64,000 nucleotides of DNA. Source: an uncultured Pseudomonadota bacterium. GTDB taxonomy: Bacteria > Pseudomonadota > Alphaproteobacteria > JACZXZ01. The DNA is taken from positions 960,001-1,024,000 of the forward strand of contig CAVVLJ010000017.1 in NCBI GenBank assembly GCA_963749075.1. The letters run 5' to 3'. Of the stretch, positions 61,724-64,000 are shown piece after piece. Position 1 is the stretch's first letter. Each line of letters begins with the position of its first letter. A program made the translations under genes and the position numbers. The notes beneath the pieces are model-generated. The model was not told where the DNA came from and searched no databases. It worked only from the letters and a program-made list of their open reading frames with translations.

Positions 61724-62758
61724 TCACCCCGCGAGCGCCGCGCGGATGGCGGCGGCATCGAGGCCCTTGAGCCCGATCACCACGAGCCGGCCGCGGCGCT
61801 CCTCGCCGGCGCGCCAGTCGCGGTCGTAGTAATGCTGCACGCGCGCGCCCACGCCCTGCACGACGAGGCGCATGGGCTTGCCCACGACCGCGGCGAAGCC
61901 CTTGACGCGGAGGATGTCGTGCTCTGCGATGAGAGGCACCAGCCGCCCGACGAGCTCGGCAGGGCTCACGAGCTCGGCGAGCGGCAGCGAGAGGCTCGCG
62001 AACTCGTCGTGGTCGTGCTCCGCCGCGTTGTCGTGGTGCGAGCGGCGGCGCTCGATGTCGTGCTCGCTCGCGACGCCGAGGCCGAGAAGGACCTCGGCAT
62101 CGACAGCCCCGTGGCGCGTGGGGAGGAGCTTGGCCGCGGGACGCAGCTCCTTCCGCACGTCCGCCGTCACGCGCGCGAGGGCGCCGTCGGAGAGCAGATC
62201 CGCCTTGTTGAGGAGGACCAAGTCGGCTGAGGCGAGCTGGTCCTCGAAGAGCTCCTCGAGCGGGCTCTCGTGATCGAGATTGCCGTCGGCCGCGCGCTGG
62301 GCGGCGAGTGCTGCTAAGTCGCTCGCGAAGCGCCCCGCAAGCACGGCCGGCCCGTCCACCACCGCGACGACGCCGTCCACGGTGACCCGCGTGCGGATGT
62401 CGGGCCAGTTGAAGGCCTGGACGAGCGGCTTGGGGAGCGCCAGTCCCGAGGTCTCGATGACGATATGGTCGGGCGGCTCGGGGCGCGCGAGCAGCGCCTG
62501 CATGGTCGGCAGGAACTCGTCCGCCACCGTGCAGCAGATGCAGCCGTTGGCGAGCTCGATGATGCTCTCCTCGCCGCACAGCGCGTCGCCGCAGCCCTTG
62601 AGGATCTCGCCGTCGATGCCGATGTCGCCGAACTCGTTGATGACGAGGGCCAAGCGCTTGCCGTTGGCGGTGCGCAGGAGATGGCGGATGAGCGTCGTCT
62701 TGCCGGCGCCGAGGAAGCCGGTGACGATGGTGACGGGCAGCTTGGCGAGACTCGTCAT
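61724..62758 (-). CDS. cobW: CobW (COG0523 G3E GTPase, cobalt chaperone)
   Basis: GFLGAGKTT, NEFG, GCICCTVADEF, ETSGLALPKPL, NKAD, LRVKG. Confidence 0.95.
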   Translation of the reverse strand: MTSLAKLPVTIVTGFLGAGKTTLIRHLLRTANGKRLALVINEFGDIGIDGEILKGCGDALCGEESIIELANGCICCTVADEFLPTMQALLARPEPPDHIVIETSGLALPKPLVQAFNWPDIRTRVTVDGVVAVVDGPAVLAGRFASDLAALAAQRAADGNLDHESPLEELFEDQLASADLVLLNKADLLSDGALARVTADVRKELRPAAKLLPTRHGAVDAEVLLGLGVASEHDIERRRSHHDNAAEHDHDEFASLSLPLAELVSPAELVGRLVPLIAEHDILRVKGFAAVVGKPMRLVVQGVGARVQHYYDRDWRAGEERRGRLVVIGLKGLDAAAIRAALAG

Positions 62759-63309
62759 GCGGGCGATCCGGGCCGTTGCGGGGACTTGAGGTGGATGGGG
62801 AGGCCGGCCGCCATGAAGGCGACGGCGTCGGCCGCGGCGGCGAGGCTCGCATGCAGGCGGCCGGCGCAGTCGCGGAAGCGGCGGGCGAGCGCGTTCTCCG
62901 GCACGATGCCGAGCCCCACCTCGTTCGAGACGAAGACGACGGGTCCGCGGAGGTGCCGCAGGGCCGCCACGAGCGCCGCCGTCTCGGCCGCGGCGTCGCG
63001 CCCGGCGCCGAGGAGATTGGCGAGCCAGAGGGTCAGGCAATCGACGAGCACCGCGGCGTCCGCGGCGGCACTGGCGGCGAGTGCCGGCGTGAGCTCGAGC
63101 GGCACCTCGACCGTGCGCCAGCCGGTGCCGCGCCGCGCCCGGTGGCGGCGGATGCGCTCGGCCATCTCGGCATCGCCTGCCTCGGCGGTCGCGAGATAGA
63201 CGCGCGCGCCCGCCGCCCGCTCGCAGAGCCCTTCGGCGTAGCGGCTCTTGCCCGAGGCAGCGCCGCCGAGCACGAGTGTTACCGGCGGCAGTGCGCCCGC
63301 CCCGCTCAT
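62755..63309 (-). CDS. cobU: Adenosylcobinamide kinase/guanylyltransferase (CobU/CobP)
   Basis: LVLGGAASGKSRYAE, EMAERIRRH, DCLTLW, SNEVGLGIVP. Confidence 0.95.
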   Translation of the reverse strand: MSGAGALPPVTLVLGGAASGKSRYAEGLCERAAGARVYLATAEAGDAEMAERIRRHRARRGTGWRTVEVPLELTPALAASAAADAAVLVDCLTLWLANLLGAGRDAAAETAALVAALRHLRGPVVFVSNEVGLGIVPENALARRFRDCAGRLHASLAAAADAVAFMAAGLPIHLKSPQRPGSPA

Positions 63310-63478
63310 CCGCTCCGATCCGATAACCTGATGCCGCAACGCATGGGCTCCCACCCGGGCCGCAAGAGCTCGCCTGACGTCCGCAGCGGTGCTGCCGGCG
63401 CGGGCACGGGTGAGACGGAGGAGAAGACGCTCCCGCTCACCGGTGCACCCCGACCGGGTCGCTTCGCATTGGACGCGC

Positions 63479-63656
63479 GATGGCAGGTCTCCTGGCTCGC
63501 GGCTTGGCGCCTTTGGCACCCGCCTTCCCGGTTTCCCAGTGGCGCTCGCGGTGCCGGCACGCCGCTTACAGTTGCGGGGGCAGCCGCGGCCTTGGCTCGG
63601 GGGACACCCCTCCGCCGCACCGCGTTCCCTCTTATCCCCGACGGACGGGGACCATC
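63479..63656 (-). ncRNA. Cobalamin (AdoCbl) riboswitch
   Basis: Minus strand GGT...AAGAGGGAACGCGGTGC...GCTGCCCCCGCAACTGTAA...GCCACTGGGAAACCGGGAAGG...GAGCCAGGAGACCTGCC upstream of cobU. Confidence 0.95.
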
Positions 63657-63842
63657 GCTCTGGGCATAGTGGCCGGGCGGGCGCGGGCGCGTCAAGGAGA
63701 TTGCGGTCAACGCGCGCGTCTCAGGCGGGCCGGAGGCGCGTGTGCGATGGACCGGACAAGCGGCTCATGCTAAGTTGTAGAGACGACATTCTGTGCTACC
63801 AAAGACGGCCGCGCAGCGCGGCCGATACAATGGGGGCATGCG

Positions 63843-64000
63843 ATGCTCAATCTATTGAAAGTTGCGTCGGCGTTGCGTGCGCGAGCCAGCCTCGCGAAAT
63901 CGGGCCTGCAGATTAAGATGTCCGGATGGCACATGGTCGACAGCGACGATGCCAGCGTCGGCGTCGGCGTCGGGAAGTTCTTCGACATCGATGCCGCCGC
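63843..64000 (+). CDS. 5' end of a hypothetical protein, truncated by window edge
   Basis: GGGGG upstream of ATG; MLNLLKVASAL...MSGWHMVDSDDASVGVGVGKFFDIDAA open to the window end. Confidence 0.4.
   Translation, partial: MLNLLKVASALRARASLAKSGLQIKMSGWHMVDSDDASVGVGVGKFFDIDAA

Noticed and set aside
63310-63478. Small leader peptide or cbtB-like gene after the B12 riboswitch
   Set aside because: No His-rich or TM peptide and no clear SD; more likely the expression platform and UTR.

Overview
A very GC-rich (roughly 70% by eye) chromosomal window from what looks like an alphaproteobacterium (Rhodospirillales-like gene orders and repeat families; inference). Left part: a probable aromatic/organic-compound uptake and catabolism region (OYE-type oxidoreductase, branched-chain-type ABC transporter, HsaA-like flavin monooxygenase, VOC, FAH, aldo/keto reductase) and a signal-peptide-bearing NylC-like (nylon-oligomer hydrolase-type) Ntn hydrolase with an extra C-terminal domain. 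Four type II toxin-antitoxin loci are scattered through the window: higBA, brnTA (toxin broken by a palindromic repeat), mqsRA (Cys-motif-free, C-terminally extended antitoxin) and vapBC. Centre: a W/Mo-cofactor locus (HTH-PBP regulator, WtpABC-type transporter, fdhD, mobA, oxyR; divergent frameshifted moaA), then housekeeping and signalling genes. Right part: TPP riboswitch-thiC-bluB, an orphan multi-TM/HhH-like protein, and a cobalamin-riboswitch-led cob cluster with cbiD, a truncated and degenerate cobL, and no cobG/J/K/H/F in the window. Three families of short palindromic REP-like repeats occur; some copies supply protein C-termini, stop codons and SD-like sequences. No tRNA, rRNA, CRISPR array, transposase or integrase was seen. 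All product calls come from motif recognition by eye, not database searches.
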